IMG/VR virus record: IMGVR_UViG_3300046660_000488
Location: 1 to 64,000 of that record
Strand: one strand, 5' to 3'
Length of the DNA stretch: 64,000 nt
Positions 53,650 to 64,000 of this stretch are shown here, piece by piece. Every line of letters begins with the position of its first letter. Position 1 is the stretch's first letter. Position numbers and translations under genes: made by a program. The notes below the pieces were generated by a model, which made no database searches, was not told where the DNA came from, and was given only the letters and a program-made list of their open reading frames with translations.

Positions 53650-56600
53650 ATGACGACTCATTACTCCGGCCTTCAATTGCGCGGCAACTTGTTCATCAAC
53701 AAGGAACTGCAACCGGCTGTCGTTTGGGTTTCTCCTCTGCGTAAGGCTCTGGGTCCGTATGGCTCGGACCTTAATCCCAGCAAAGATGTTGACATCACGT
53801 TCGTCGCTCACGCAAGCGACCCGAACGCTGTGCTTGTCTATTCCGTCGTCGTGGGGGTTGTTCCGGACGGACTGACGCTCGATTCAGCAACCGGTAAGAT
53901 GGTTGGCACGCTGACCGCGTCCGAAGGTCTGGCCGAATTCACCGTGCGCGCCACGATCCAGAACACTCAACTGTTCGCCGAGCGCCACTTCCGCATGGTC
54001 ATCGGCAACGCCCCGCCGCCCGTCTGGATCACGCCCGCTGGCCTGATCGACGAAGTCGGTGAGAGCGAGACCTACACCACCACCCTGCTGGCCGAAGACC
54101 CCTACGAGCTTCCGGTCACCTATTTCCTCGTGGGCGGCTCCCTGCCGCCGGGCATGTTCCTCAACAGCACCACGGGCCAAATCTACGGTTCGACGCCCGA
54201 CCTCGACGATGACATGATCTGCGACTTCACGGTCTCGGCGTCGAACAACTCGCGCAACACCACGCGCGATTTCACGATCTACCTGACCGCCACGCCGCCC
54301 GGCGACGCGGCGTACTGGATCACGCCTGCCGGTGACGTGGGCGAAGGCTACGAACTGACTGAATTCACGTTCGACCATCTGGAAGCCATCGACCCGAACG
54401 CCCTGCCGATCACCTACGTCCGCGTCGCCGGTAACATTCCGGACGGCCTAATGGTCGATGCCAACAGCGGCGTGATCTACGGAACCATGGGTCCGCAGGC
54501 CGACGACACCCTGTTCAAGTTCATCATGGGCGCGCGCACGTCGGTCTACACGACCAAGCGCATGTTCACGATCATGGTCAAGCACGTCACGCCCCCGAGC
54601 TTCGGCGACGACAACCCGACACAGATCACGATGCGCGGTCTGGAGAACGAGGTGTTCTACAGCAACGCCGTGCACGCCACGAGCCCGACGCCGATCCCGA
54701 TCACCTACACGATCACGAACCTTCCGACCCCGCTGATCTTCAGCCCGTTCACGGCTGAAATCCACGGCATCATGCCGCCGGTCATCGAAGACGCCGACCA
54801 CATCTACAACATGGTCGTCACGGCCTCGAACGGCATCAAGTCAAAGAGCGTCACGGTCCAACTGACCGACGAGAAGAACCTGCCGCCGTATTTCACGGTC
54901 TCGGGATCGCTCGGCGAAGCGCTGGGCGGCAAGCCGTTCAACGCGCCTGTCCCGCTGGCCATCGACCCCAACGGCGTCCAGACCGTCTACACGCTGCTGA
55001 ACCCGGAAGACCTGCCGGAATCCATCACGTGGGACGCCAGCGTCGGCCTGCTCACGGGTACGTATCCGCCTGCCCCGACCGAAGACGTGATCACCACGTT
55101 CCAACTGCAAGTCTTCGACGGCGTGTTCACGACCAATGCGACGCTGACGATCACGTCGTGGCTGAACACGGAGCCGGAATGGATTACCGCACCGGGCCAG
55201 ATCGGCACGATCATCGAGAACCACAACGGATCGTTCGTGGTTGAAGCCCGCGATCCACAGAACGAGCCGATCATCTACTCTCGTGTCGGCGGCGCCTTCC
55301 CGCCGGGCATGGACATTGACCCGAACACGGGCGCGATCAGCGGCCCTGACGTCGGCCCGGTTCTCGATGTCGATTTCGACATCTACGACTTCGTCATCCG
55401 AGCCGACGATGGCGTGCTGTTCACCGACCGCGCCTTCCGCATCGTCGTGACCAAGGACTACCCGCCGATCTGGGACACGCAGCCGGGCGTCATCGTTGAC
55501 GTGCTCGCCGGTAAGCAATTCACCTTCCAGCTTGAGGCCCACGATCCGAACGGCACGACGCCGGTCTATTCGGTGATCGACGATGGCGGTCTTCCGATTG
55601 TCGATCCGACCACGCAACTTCTCTACGAAGAGAGCGGCGTGATCATCAACGGTCGCACCATCCGCGCCAAGATGCCCCAGCCGTCCAACCCGGCCGATGA
55701 GTCCGAAGACTTCAACCTCATCATGTCCATTGATGATGGCTACAACCCGCCGGTTGAGCGCACCTTCACGCTCCGGACCAACCGCAACACGCCGCCGGTT
55801 TGGAACACCAACATCTACGCCAGCAACTTCGTGGTCGTGCCGACCACGGCCAACATCGCCACCTATCAAATTGGCAACCCGCTGGTTAAGACCGAAACGT
55901 TGTCGAACGGCAACGTGGTCATCTACTCGCTGCTCGACCAGTACGAGACCGAAGTAATCGACCTCCAGCTTGGTGCTGACGATCCGCAGACCGGCGTGGA
56001 CAGCCTCTACTACTTCTACTCGGATTCGTCGTCCGTCTTCGAATTCAACGGCCAAGAGGGCGTTGGTGATGACGGCGTGCTGTTCATCAACCAGAACACC
56101 GGGCGCCTGACCGGCCGTGTCCCGACCGTGGATGCCGACAAGTTCTGGCACATCAACGTCACGGCTTACGACAAGACCGAAGTCTCGATGGAAAACCGCT
56201 ACTACGGCACGCCGCAGCGGTTCCTGCTCTCGACCCGCTTCAACAAGCCGCCGGAGTGGATCACCGCGCAGAACATCGGCCGCGTCGAACGTCTGGCCTA
56301 CACCCTGCAATTCAACGCGATCAACAAGGGCAACCTGCCGGAAATGCAGTACGTGCTGAACAGCGGCGTGCTCCCGGCCAACATGACCCTGACGAACACG
56401 GGCGTCCTGTCCACGACCCTGCCGCCTAACAAGACGGAAGCGGTCGAAGAGGACAAGACCTACACGTTCGCGGTCACGGCCAACAACGGCATCAAGCAGT
56501 CCACTAAGTCGTTCAACTTCACGGTCTACAAAAACCTCGAACCGGTGTGGGAACCCGCGACCCTCGAAGGTCTGGGCCAAATCCCGTTCACCGGCCAAAT

Positions 56601-59600
56601 CTCCGCGACCGATCCGAACCAAGGCTTCGGCGATCCTCTGGTTTACACCATCGTGGACCGCTCGCAGGTTCCGTCGTCGGTCAAGTTCAACATCGCCGAT
56701 CCGTTCGGCGCCTCGGTGGTGTCCTACCAGACGTTCGACGCCGACTATGTCGATTACAAGGATGCGGCCCAGTGGTCGTTCGTTGGCAACCCCGCGCTGG
56801 TTCCGGGCAAGTTTGGCAACGCCGTCAGCATGGATGGCACGAGCTACCTGACCGCCGAAGTGGGCGCTCTGGGTCAATCGCCGTTCACGTTCGAGACGTG
56901 GTTCAAGCGCGACGGTGGCGGTCCGGTGCAGCACCTGATCACGCTGGGTGATCTGGGTGAAAACGGCGTCAGCCTCTACCTCGACAACGGCGTTCTCAAG
57001 CTGGACGAAGACACGATCAACGTCCTGAACGGGACCGCGTCGATCTCCGACACCGCGTGGCATCACGTGGCGCTGGTCCGCGACGGCAACGACTACACGA
57101 TCTATCTGGACGGCGTCGTTGACGCGCAGATCACCATGCCGACCGTCGCGTCCCTCTCCGCGACGACGTTGCTGCTTGGCTCGTTCGGCATCACGCCGGA
57201 CACGCTGTTCACCGGCGCTCTGGATGATTTCCGCCTGACAGCCGCCGCTCGCTACACGCAGGCCTTCACGGCGCCGACCAAGGCGTTCGACCGCACGATC
57301 ACGGGAGTCATCACCGGCAACCTGCCGCTGGTGCAAGCCGACGCCTATTACCCGTTCGACGTCAGCGTCTCCGACAATCTCGTCAGCGTTCCGGCCTCGT
57401 TCACGATCCACAACATCCACGACCAAGACCCGATGTGGAGCACGCCCATGGGCCTGATCTACAGCAACTTGGAAGACACGCCGTTCACGTTGACTGTCGG
57501 CGCGGCCGATCCGGAAGCCAACCAAATCGCGTACTCGCTGTTCTCGGGGACCTTCCCGTTCACGCTGAACTCGGTCACGGGTGAGATTTCGGGCACGCTT
57601 CCGTCTGTCTCGACCGATACCGACTACGACTTCACCCTGCGCGCGTCGGATGGCATCCATATCTCGGATCGCAGTTTCCGCATCACGTCTGAAGACAACC
57701 TGCCGCCGGTCTGGGTGTCGTGCAGCACCACGATGGACATGCACGCTCTTGGTGGCGAGTTCTCGTCCTACCAGTTCGAGGCTACCGACCCGAACGGCCG
57801 TCCGACGCTGACCTACGCCATCACTGGTGGCACGACGCCTCCGGGCCTCAACTTCGGAACGGGTGGAGCCCTGACGGGCACGTTGAACACCGTTCAGGCC
57901 GACCAAGACTACACCTTCGACGTCACTGTTTCTGATGGCGTCTTCTTCGTGCCGCGCACGTTCACGTACCGCGCCCTGCTGAACCGCGCGCCGTATTACG
58001 TCCCGAACGCGACGACGATCCTGACCCAGTTCGAGCAGACGTTCATCGCCGATACGCTCGACCCTATCGACATCTACGACCCGGATGGTTCGGAACTGAC
58101 GATCCAAGTCCAGCCGCCGCAATTCCCGCTCCAGTACCACGTTGACAATGCGGGAACGGATCACGCGACTGTTTGGATCACGGGCGGTTCTCTGCCTGCC
58201 GTGATGACCGACACCACGTACCAGATGACAATTCTGGCCGACGATGGCGTCAACTTCCGCTCGCAGCAATACGCCTTCCGCGTCAAGTTCAACTCGCCGC
58301 CGTCGTTCACGTCGCCTGCAACGTTCCCTGACGCGGTCGAGCAGACTCCGTACTATGCCGTGGCCAACGCCGTCTCGAACGGCATGCCGGTGTTCTACGC
58401 CGTCGTCGGCGGAATGCTTCCTCCGGGCCTGACCCTGAACGTAGCCAACGGCGCGATCACGGGTACGGCGCCGCTCGTCGATGATGACCAGCAGTTCCCG
58501 TTCCAACTCCAAGCCACGACCGGCATCAAGGCGACTGTGCAGGACGCCGTCATCACGGTCCGCAAGAACCTGCCGCCGGTGTGGCTGACGACGACGCTCG
58601 CCAACGTGATGGAGAACACGGTCATCACGCCGTTCCAACTGGTGGCGACCGACCCGAACCATCAGGCGATCACCTACACGTGGCTGAGCGGCTTCCTGCC
58701 GCCGGGCCTGACGGCCAACTACGTCATCAACCCGAACACGGTGACCATCATCGGCAACACGCCGATCTTGGCCAACGACACGGTCTACAATTTCCGCGTC
58801 GGCGCGTCGGACGGCTACATCCGCACGGACCGCGATTTCGTCCTGACCGTGAAGTACAACCAGCCGCCGGTCTGGGTGACCAATGCTGGCCTGATCGCCA
58901 CGGTCAACGAACAAGACAGCCTCAGCAACCAGACGCGCGTCATCGCGACCGATCCGGAAGTGCAGGGCATCACCTACGCGATCCACAACACGGCTGCATG
59001 GCCGGGCTGGCTGACGCTGCAAACCAATGGCTTCCTGACTGGCACGGCGCCGCAGACCGCCAACGGTTTCACGACCGCTTTCGAGATCGACGCCAGCGAC
59101 GGCAACCGCTTCGTCACGCGCCAATTCTCGATCAACGTTCAGCACGTCGGCACACCGCCGACTTGGATCACGCCTGCTGGCCAAATTCTGGCTGGAGACG
59201 AAGGTAACTCGGCCGTCTTCACGCTGGTCGCCAACGACAATGTCTACCACGACACGGTGACCTACGCGCTGAACTCGACCGGGTTCCCGAGCACGATGAC
59301 GCTGCTGTCCAACGGCTACATCTACGGCACGTACCCGAGCATTTCGACGACGACCACGTACACCTTCGACGTGGCCGCAATCAACGTCTTGGCCGAAAAG
59401 CGTATTCGCCAATTCAGCATCACGTCGAACAACGTCGATTACCTGCAAGTCACCAGCCCGACCGGCGTCAATACGTACTATGGCAAGGGCGATGTCGTTC
59501 CGATGACGACAGAAGGCGAATGGACGGTTACCGTCCTGAAGCCTCTGAAGCTGAACGGCAAGCTCTGGGGCGCTGGCGGCGGCACGACCAACGGTGGCGC

Positions 59601-60315
59601 TGGCGGCTTCACGACGGGTGACACGGCTACCCTCACGACCGGAACGATCCTCCGGGCATGGGTCGGCGGCGGCGGCTTCGTCGGTAGCCCGACCCTTGGG
59701 CACGACGGTCCCTTCGGCAATGGCGGCAACTGCGGACGTCCCAACGGCGGTGGCATTTCTCTCGGCACGGGCGGTGGTCTCACCGGTCTGTTCCTAAGCT
59801 CCGTCTCGCAAGGCAACGCTCTGCTCGTCGCGGGCGCTGGCGGCGGCGGCGGCACGTCCGGTCCAGCGGCTGGCGCTGGTGGCGGCACGGTCGGCGCGAA
59901 GGGTAACGACTCCGGAAACGGTGGCGGCGGCTTCGGCGGCACGCAAACCAGTGGTGGTGCACGTGGTGGATCGTCCGGTTTCGACACCAACTCTCTGGGT
60001 GGTAGCGCGCTTACAGGTGGCCGTGGTGCGGCCAATATCTCGTCGATTTACTCACCCGGCGGCGGCGGTGCAGGTTACTGGGGTGGTGGCGCCGGTTACG
60101 GCAACAACCAATGGGGCGGCGCCGGTGGCGGTGGTTCGGGCTATCTGGCTGCGAGCATCACCAACGGTTCGCTCACGGCCGGTTCCGGTACGACGCCCGC
60201 TAACGCCAACGATAGTGACCGCCTTACCTACGCACCCAATGCCGGTAGCCCCGGCTTGTCGAACACGTCGAACTCACAAGCTCCGGCGGGTCTCATGGTC
60301 CTTCGGATTCTCTAA
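53650..60315 (+). CDS. giant virion structural protein (tail fibre/baseplate-like): tandem Ig/cadherin-like repeats, LamG domain, Gly-rich C-terminus
   Basis: TAAATA at 53616; repeats N..P.W.T..G ... A.DP ... Y....G.LP.G ... G.I.G ... F...A.DG ... R.F; FTFETWF...WHHVALVR...DDFR; WGAGGG Gly-rich tail. Confidence 0.9.
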   Translation: MTTHYSGLQLRGNLFINKELQPAVVWVSPLRKALGPYGSDLNPSKDVDITFVAHASDPNAVLVYSVVVGVVPDGLTLDSATGKMVGTLTASEGLAEFTVRATIQNTQLFAERHFRMVIGNAPPPVWITPAGLIDEVGESETYTTTLLAEDPYELPVTYFLVGGSLPPGMFLNSTTGQIYGSTPDLDDDMICDFTVSASNNSRNTTRDFTIYLTATPPGDAAYWITPAGDVGEGYELTEFTFDHLEAIDPNALPITYVRVAGNIPDGLMVDANSGVIYGTMGPQADDTLFKFIMGARTSVYTTKRMFTIMVKHVTPPSFGDDNPTQITMRGLENEVFYSNAVHATSPTPIPITYTITNLPTPLIFSPFTAEIHGIMPPVIEDADHIYNMVVTASNGIKSKSVTVQLTDEKNLPPYFTVSGSLGEALGGKPFNAPVPLAIDPNGVQTVYTLLNPEDLPESITWDASVGLLTGTYPPAPTEDVITTFQLQVFDGVFTTNATLTITSWLNTEPEWITAPGQIGTIIENHNGSFVVEARDPQNEPIIYSRVGGAFPPGMDIDPNTGAISGPDVGPVLDVDFDIYDFVIRADDGVLFTDRAFRIVVTKDYPPIWDTQPGVIVDVLAGKQFTFQLEAHDPNGTTPVYSVIDDGGLPIVDPTTQLLYEESGVIINGRTIRAKMPQPSNPADESEDFNLIMSIDDGYNPPVERTFTLRTNRNTPPVWNTNIYASNFVVVPTTANIATYQIGNPLVKTETLSNGNVVIYSLLDQYETEVIDLQLGADDPQTGVDSLYYFYSDSSSVFEFNGQEGVGDDGVLFINQNTGRLTGRVPTVDADKFWHINVTAYDKTEVSMENRYYGTPQRFLLSTRFNKPPEWITAQNIGRVERLAYTLQFNAINKGNLPEMQYVLNSGVLPANMTLTNTGVLSTTLPPNKTEAVEEDKTYTFAVTANNGIKQSTKSFNFTVYKNLEPVWEPATLEGLGQIPFTGQISATDPNQGFGDPLVYTIVDRSQVPSSVKFNIADPFGASVVSYQTFDADYVDYKDAAQWSFVGNPALVPGKFGNAVSMDGTSYLTAEVGALGQSPFTFETWFKRDGGGPVQHLITLGDLGENGVSLYLDNGVLKLDEDTINVLNGTASISDTAWHHVALVRDGNDYTIYLDGVVDAQITMPTVASLSATTLLLGSFGITPDTLFTGALDDFRLTAAARYTQAFTAPTKAFDRTITGVITGNLPLVQADAYYPFDVSVSDNLVSVPASFTIHNIHDQDPMWSTPMGLIYSNLEDTPFTLTVGAADPEANQIAYSLFSGTFPFTLNSVTGEISGTLPSVSTDTDYDFTLRASDGIHISDRSFRITSEDNLPPVWVSCSTTMDMHALGGEFSSYQFEATDPNGRPTLTYAITGGTTPPGLNFGTGGALTGTLNTVQADQDYTFDVTVSDGVFFVPRTFTYRALLNRAPYYVPNATTILTQFEQTFIADTLDPIDIYDPDGSELTIQVQPPQFPLQYHVDNAGTDHATVWITGGSLPAVMTDTTYQMTILADDGVNFRSQQYAFRVKFNSPPSFTSPATFPDAVEQTPYYAVANAVSNGMPVFYAVVGGMLPPGLTLNVANGAITGTAPLVDDDQQFPFQLQATTGIKATVQDAVITVRKNLPPVWLTTTLANVMENTVITPFQLVATDPNHQAITYTWLSGFLPPGLTANYVINPNTVTIIGNTPILANDTVYNFRVGASDGYIRTDRDFVLTVKYNQPPVWVTNAGLIATVNEQDSLSNQTRVIATDPEVQGITYAIHNTAAWPGWLTLQTNGFLTGTAPQTANGFTTAFEIDASDGNRFVTRQFSINVQHVGTPPTWITPAGQILAGDEGNSAVFTLVANDNVYHDTVTYALNSTGFPSTMTLLSNGYIYGTYPSISTTTTYTFDVAAINVLAEKRIRQFSITSNNVDYLQVTSPTGVNTYYGKGDVVPMTTEGEWTVTVLKPLKLNGKLWGAGGGTTNGGAGGFTTGDTATLTTGTILRAWVGGGGFVGSPTLGHDGPFGNGGNCGRPNGGGISLGTGGGLTGLFLSSVSQGNALLVAGAGGGGGTSGPAAGAGGGTVGAKGNDSGNGGGGFGGTQTSGGARGGSSGFDTNSLGGSALTGGRGAANISSIYSPGGGGAGYWGGGAGYGNNQWGGAGGGGSGYLAASITNGSLTAGSGTTPANANDSDRLTYAPNAGSPGLSNTSNSQAPAGLMVLRIL

Positions 60316-60872
60316 TCCACGTCCCACGCATCCGAGGCCTTGCGGCGTTCAACGCCCAAGGTCTCGAAGTCCTGCATCTTCCACAGGATCAGGTCTTTTT
60401 CCTCGACGGGAATCCGCATGACCTTCATCGGGTCAACGGTGTAGCGATGCTTGGTGAAGTAGCTGTGTGGATCATCTTGCAAGACCGCACCATGCTTGGC
60501 TACCGCAACGACCTCCACCAAACCAGCGTCGGTGAAGCGCGAAATCTTGCCGATCATCAAGACTTTTTCTTTTGAATTATAAGTCTTTTTGCCGATGAAG
60601 GTGACGTAATGGCCAGCCTTGATCAGGCGTCCTGTCGTATCCCGGTGGGGCTTGATGACCGGCTGGCCGGTTTCGTCCACCTCATCGAAATGGGTGTAGA
60701 TCAGCGATACCGGGACGTCTTTGCCGATGTCCACGGTGATCTTGCGTTTCTTCTCGTCGATCTCGACGATGTCACCAACCGCGCCCTTGTGGCTTCCCTG
60801 CGCGACGTAGAGCCGGTTGGTCTTCCCAGCCTGATACGCGGCGAGAAGGTCTTCGTACTGCCAGTTCTTCAT
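60312..60872 (-). CDS. hypothetical protein with KOW/SH3-like domains
   Basis: V.QGSHKG..G.IV; D.TGR.IK.G..V. Confidence 0.65.
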   Translation of the reverse strand: MKNWQYEDLLAAYQAGKTNRLYVAQGSHKGAVGDIVEIDEKKRKITVDIGKDVPVSLIYTHFDEVDETGQPVIKPHRDTTGRLIKAGHYVTFIGKKTYNSKEKVLMIGKISRFTDAGLVEVVAVAKHGAVLQDDPHSYFTKHRYTVDPMKVMRIPVEEKDLILWKMQDFETLGVERRKASDAWDVD

Positions 60873-61459
60873 CGGAAACGCATCTTCGCCATTACTGCAT
60901 CATACTTGGATTCGAAGGTCAGCAGGTGACCTGAGTAATTGTAGCGCCGCTTGCAGCAGCGGTCGCACCACTCGATGACCGTGTCGCGATCATCGCCGGA
61001 ATCCACCGCGATGGTGTGCAACGAAAGGTCCGGCAGAAGGTCCCACGTGAACTTCGTGACGTCGATGGGAACGCCCTTCTTCTCGGCCGCCCGGACCATC
61101 TTCCGAAGCTCGGTCTTGACCTTCTTCAATTCGTTGTTCGACAGCCGCAGATAGCTTTCGTCGTACGGCATCAGAAATTGGCTGTGGAACGTCGGGTCGT
61201 CGAAATTCAACTGACCGTGCGACGGCATGTGCGAATTGCGCTGGCGATCACGACGCGAGAGTAAGGCGGCGATCTGGCTTTTCGCCGCGCCGGGGACCAG
61301 CGGTGGTGGGGGCTCTTCGACGAACGCCTGAAAGGCGAAATACTGGCCCTCGAACGGCAACCACATCTGGTTCGGATCATACAGGTTCTTGAGTTTGGTG
61401 ATCGGAGCGTTGGTGTACCACTCCAACGCAAACTCAGAATCCATTTTAACCGGCCGCAT
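60869..61459 (-). CDS. hypothetical protein
   Basis: C-terminal EWC...FESKYDAVMAKMRF, related to the DAVLFKL family. Confidence 0.7.
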   Translation of the reverse strand: MRPVKMDSEFALEWYTNAPITKLKNLYDPNQMWLPFEGQYFAFQAFVEEPPPPLVPGAAKSQIAALLSRRDRQRNSHMPSHGQLNFDDPTFHSQFLMPYDESYLRLSNNELKKVKTELRKMVRAAEKKGVPIDVTKFTWDLLPDLSLHTIAVDSGDDRDTVIEWCDRCCKRRYNYSGHLLTFESKYDAVMAKMRFR

Positions 61460-61515
61460 GAACCAAACCCTTATCGTGTCAGGATATTAGCAAGCGGCAA
61501 TTAATTTCGCAAACA

Positions 61516-61545
61516 AAAACCCGATGCCATTGCTGACATCGGGCC
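61516..61545 (-). terminator. intrinsic terminator
   Basis: AAAAACCCGATG...CATCGGG. Confidence 0.65.
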
Positions 61546-61636
61546 TTGTGGTGGGTGGGTATCCAGAGGGTTTGACCGGGTGGTCATAAGTAGTTATGTC
61601 GTGATTCCGACAGAAAACACCGTCTATAAAACGGTG

Positions 61637-62143
61637 TTATTTGCTTGGGATAACGAGGGACTTAAGCTCGTAAGCAACTAAACGTCGATAAGTTTCGTAC
61701 CGAAGCCAAACTTTGGCAAATTCCTTCGTCAATTTCTTCAAATCGGCGTTCAACTGATAGATATTGTTGCGTTTTCCGGTGCGTCGCCAGCCTGAATTAT
61801 TTTCGATCCGAAGCTGATCTACGACGTTGTCTTTGGCGTCTTTCAGGTTGTAGCAGGCGATATGGAGTTCAGCGAGGTGCGGATACTCCGAGAACGCCTC
61901 GAATTCAGGCGTGGACGGAAGACCTATTGCTCCCTCACTTCGGTCGCAGGTGAGGCTATAGTTTGCGAACCCCCGGTGGTCGTTTTTCTTGCTCGATGCC
62001 GCGAGAGCAAAGAGGTAGATCATCGACGCCTGATAGCGCTCACGCAGATCGAAGATGCACGCCTTGTTCAAGACCTCCGTCATGTGGATGGTCTTGTAAT
62101 CCGTCAGCACACCCTCGGTGTCGATGTAGACGCGATGGTCCAT
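61637..62143 (-). CDS. hypothetical protein
   Basis: TGATG-coupled ORF. Confidence 0.6.
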   Translation of the reverse strand: MDHRVYIDTEGVLTDYKTIHMTEVLNKACIFDLRERYQASMIYLFALAASSKKNDHRGFANYSLTCDRSEGAIGLPSTPEFEAFSEYPHLAELHIACYNLKDAKDNVVDQLRIENNSGWRRTGKRNNIYQLNADLKKLTKEFAKVWLRYETYRRLVAYELKSLVIPSK

Positions 62144-62376
62144 CAATACTTGAACTGGTTGAGGCAGGCGAATTTCTTTTCCGTCATCCAACGGATGTTC
62201 ACCGTGGCCCCGGTGTTGACGAGCACTTGATCGACCGCGTCCGGATCAATGGGCGTGACGCTGTGGACGCGCACGAGGCTGGAGTCCATGGTCAGGAACA
62301 GCACCGGGTCCTTGTCGGTGATGGCCATGTAGTCGGCGAGACCAGACGTGTAGGAGACCAGATAGTGCTTGGCCAT
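62143..62376 (-). CDS. hypothetical protein
   Basis: Short ORF in operon. Confidence 0.6.
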   Translation of the reverse strand: MAKHYLVSYTSGLADYMAITDKDPVLFLTMDSSLVRVHSVTPIDPDAVDQVLVNTGATVNIRWMTEKKFACLNQFKY

Positions 62377-62378
62377 GG

Positions 62379-63740
62379 TCAGTCTTTCTCGTTGAAGGCT
62401 TTGCCGTTCAGGTACACCTCGAACATGAAGTGCTCACGGAAATCTCGCCCGACCAACTCGCGCCGCATGGTGTCGGTGTTGACCCGGCTGCGGGTCCGCC
62501 AGACCGTATCGCTGACCTTCTTCAGGTCGGCCGGAAGCATGTGGTCGATGCCCAGATCACCGACCCACGGCTCCCCGGTCTTGCGGAACGGGCGGCCGGG
62601 CGTGAAATGGACCAAGAACCCGTCGTCGGACTCACGGACCACGAAATAGAATTCCTTGGCCCGGTAGGTCTCGTGGTTGGCCTTGCGAGCCTCTTCGTCC
62701 ATGACGTCGATTTCGCCCGCCAGTTCGTTCCACGGGCGCGGCTTCTTCGGACCCTTGTCGTTCTTTTCCACAACGACCGTGCCCTTGGGCACGAGGCGTT
62801 CGCCCAGATCGCTGACGGCGTAGACCTCGTTCTCGACGCCAGCCTCGTTCAGGATGGCGGCGATCTTCTCAGCCTCTCGCACGGTCAGGGTGACCAGCCA
62901 GCAGCCGGTGGGGCTATTGCGGCGCTTGAACGTCTTGCCGACGTCGTAATCCGCGCTCGATAGCAGAGCGACCACGGCAGGGAGCTTGGCGTCCACGACA
63001 TCGATCTTGCGGTACGTGCCGACCGCGCCGCGCGGGTCGATGATCACCATGTCGGTGTCCGGCGCGCTGTCGGGATCGAAGCCTTCAGGCTCGTCCTCAT
63101 AGACGACCGTTTCGCGGTCCACGCCTTCTTGGTTGGTTACCGCCGTCGCCGACTGGATTTCGTACGAGCCGTCCAGCTTCTTGATGATCCGGATGCCGGT
63201 CACCGCTGTCTCGATCTCGACTTCGCCGTTCATTTCGCTGCTGGGCGGCTTGGCGCCACCGAAGCTGTCGCCGCTCGTGCCGTCCATCATCTTCTTGATT
63301 CTGGAGTCGGACTCTTTCTGCTTGTCGGAGCGCGTGTCCCACGGGTCGTGTTCGGTGAGGCCGAGAATTTCGCCGATGGTGCGGTCGTCGTCCGCCTCAT
63401 CTTCCTCGCGTTCCTTGACGATCCGCATCATGGCCTTGTTGCGGCTCTTGGCGTCGGCGCGATCCTCACAGACTACGATGTCGTGCTTGGCATAGAACGC
63501 GGCGCGCTGGGCTTCGTCGGCGAAGATGATACGGTACGGAGGACGCTTGAAGCCCTTGAAGAAGGGGTCTTCCATCAACTCCGGAACCGGGATGTGCTCG
63601 GCCGCCTGCGCGCCGTAATCCTCTTCGTTGATCACGGCGAGAGCGATGTCGTTGAAGAGGGTGTCGAAGTCTGTCGGCTCATCGGCCGCCACGATCATCG
63701 AAACGAGATCGCCATCACCGCGCTCGAAGGCGTAACGCAT
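62379..63740 (-). CDS. acidic hypothetical protein
   Basis: 453-aa ORF with strong GC3 bias. Confidence 0.8.
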   Translation of the reverse strand: MRYAFERGDGDLVSMIVAADEPTDFDTLFNDIALAVINEEDYGAQAAEHIPVPELMEDPFFKGFKRPPYRIIFADEAQRAAFYAKHDIVVCEDRADAKSRNKAMMRIVKEREEDEADDDRTIGEILGLTEHDPWDTRSDKQKESDSRIKKMMDGTSGDSFGGAKPPSSEMNGEVEIETAVTGIRIIKKLDGSYEIQSATAVTNQEGVDRETVVYEDEPEGFDPDSAPDTDMVIIDPRGAVGTYRKIDVVDAKLPAVVALLSSADYDVGKTFKRRNSPTGCWLVTLTVREAEKIAAILNEAGVENEVYAVSDLGERLVPKGTVVVEKNDKGPKKPRPWNELAGEIDVMDEEARKANHETYRAKEFYFVVRESDDGFLVHFTPGRPFRKTGEPWVGDLGIDHMLPADLKKVSDTVWRTRSRVNTDTMRRELVGRDFREHFMFEVYLNGKAFNEKD

Positions 63741-63743
63741 GCA

Positions 63744-64000
63744 CTAAGCTCCAGACAGTTCGACTCCGAACAGGTTCTCTTCGTTTACCAGATTGAGAAC
63801 GTTCAGCCAATAGGTTCCGGGTGTGACCGGAACGAAAACTGCCGTCAAGTCATCTTCGACGGTCAGGTCAGCATCATGCACACGTATCACGTCGTCCATC
63901 AACGACGACAAATGCCATGTCGCGGGCTGCTTCGCGGGTGCGTAGACGACACCGGCCCCACCCTTCGTCAAGCTGATCCAGCAACGAATGGAGAGGTCTT
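63744..64000 (-). CDS. hypothetical protein (may extend beyond the window)
   Basis: ORF ending just upstream of the 63740 start. Confidence 0.45.
   Translation of the reverse strand, partial: DLSIRCWISLTKGGAGVVYAPAKQPATWHLSSLMDDVIRVHDADLTVEDDLTAVFVPVTPGTYWLNVLNLVNEENLFGVELSGA

Noticed and set aside
54841-59703. 1620-aa minus-strand ORF, and similar long antisense ORFs (3543-5951, 23452-25668, 589-1548, 19360-20580)
   Set aside because: Shadow frames of GC3-biased real genes; Arg/Val/Gly-rich with no recognisable motifs.
1-64000. Genome-wide UGA-to-Trp recoding
   Set aside because: Many intact genes end in TGA with ATGA/GTGA coupling, and other recognisable enzymes have no internal TGA.

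Overview
This 64-kb, GC-rich window reads as part of a jumbo, T4-superfamily-like phage genome, probably infecting an alphaproteobacterium (inferred from class I LysRS, sigma70-like promoters and T4-style TAAATA late promoters). It is densely packed with short hypothetical genes. Recognisable cargo: ribonucleotide reductase R2, a five-gene coiled-coil/OmpA-SBP/ABC operon, ArgRS, class I LysRS, KptA/Tpt1, an HslV-like protease, dNMP kinase, a CoaB-like/class II aldolase fusion, a Pth2-like protein, a PspA-YgiB-YgiC-like module, a metallophosphoesterase, an HNH nuclease, several late ADP-ribosyltransferase-like proteins and two LamG tail-fibre-like proteins. The most unusual elements are RNA-level and translational. 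(1) A ThrL-like leader peptide (MNRMTTRTTTTIA) precedes three tRNA-Thr genes, with competing helices that can clamp the first tRNA; this suggests threonine-sensing, ribosome-coupled control of phage tRNA supply. (2) An RF1-like release factor gene is interrupted by an in-frame UGA at a Trp-type position. (3) A ~2-kb non-coding block holds a GOLLD-like giant RNA with an embedded tRNA-Gly-like element and further structured RNAs. (4) Several more candidate ncRNAs are present. All calls come from reading motifs by eye; no searches were run.
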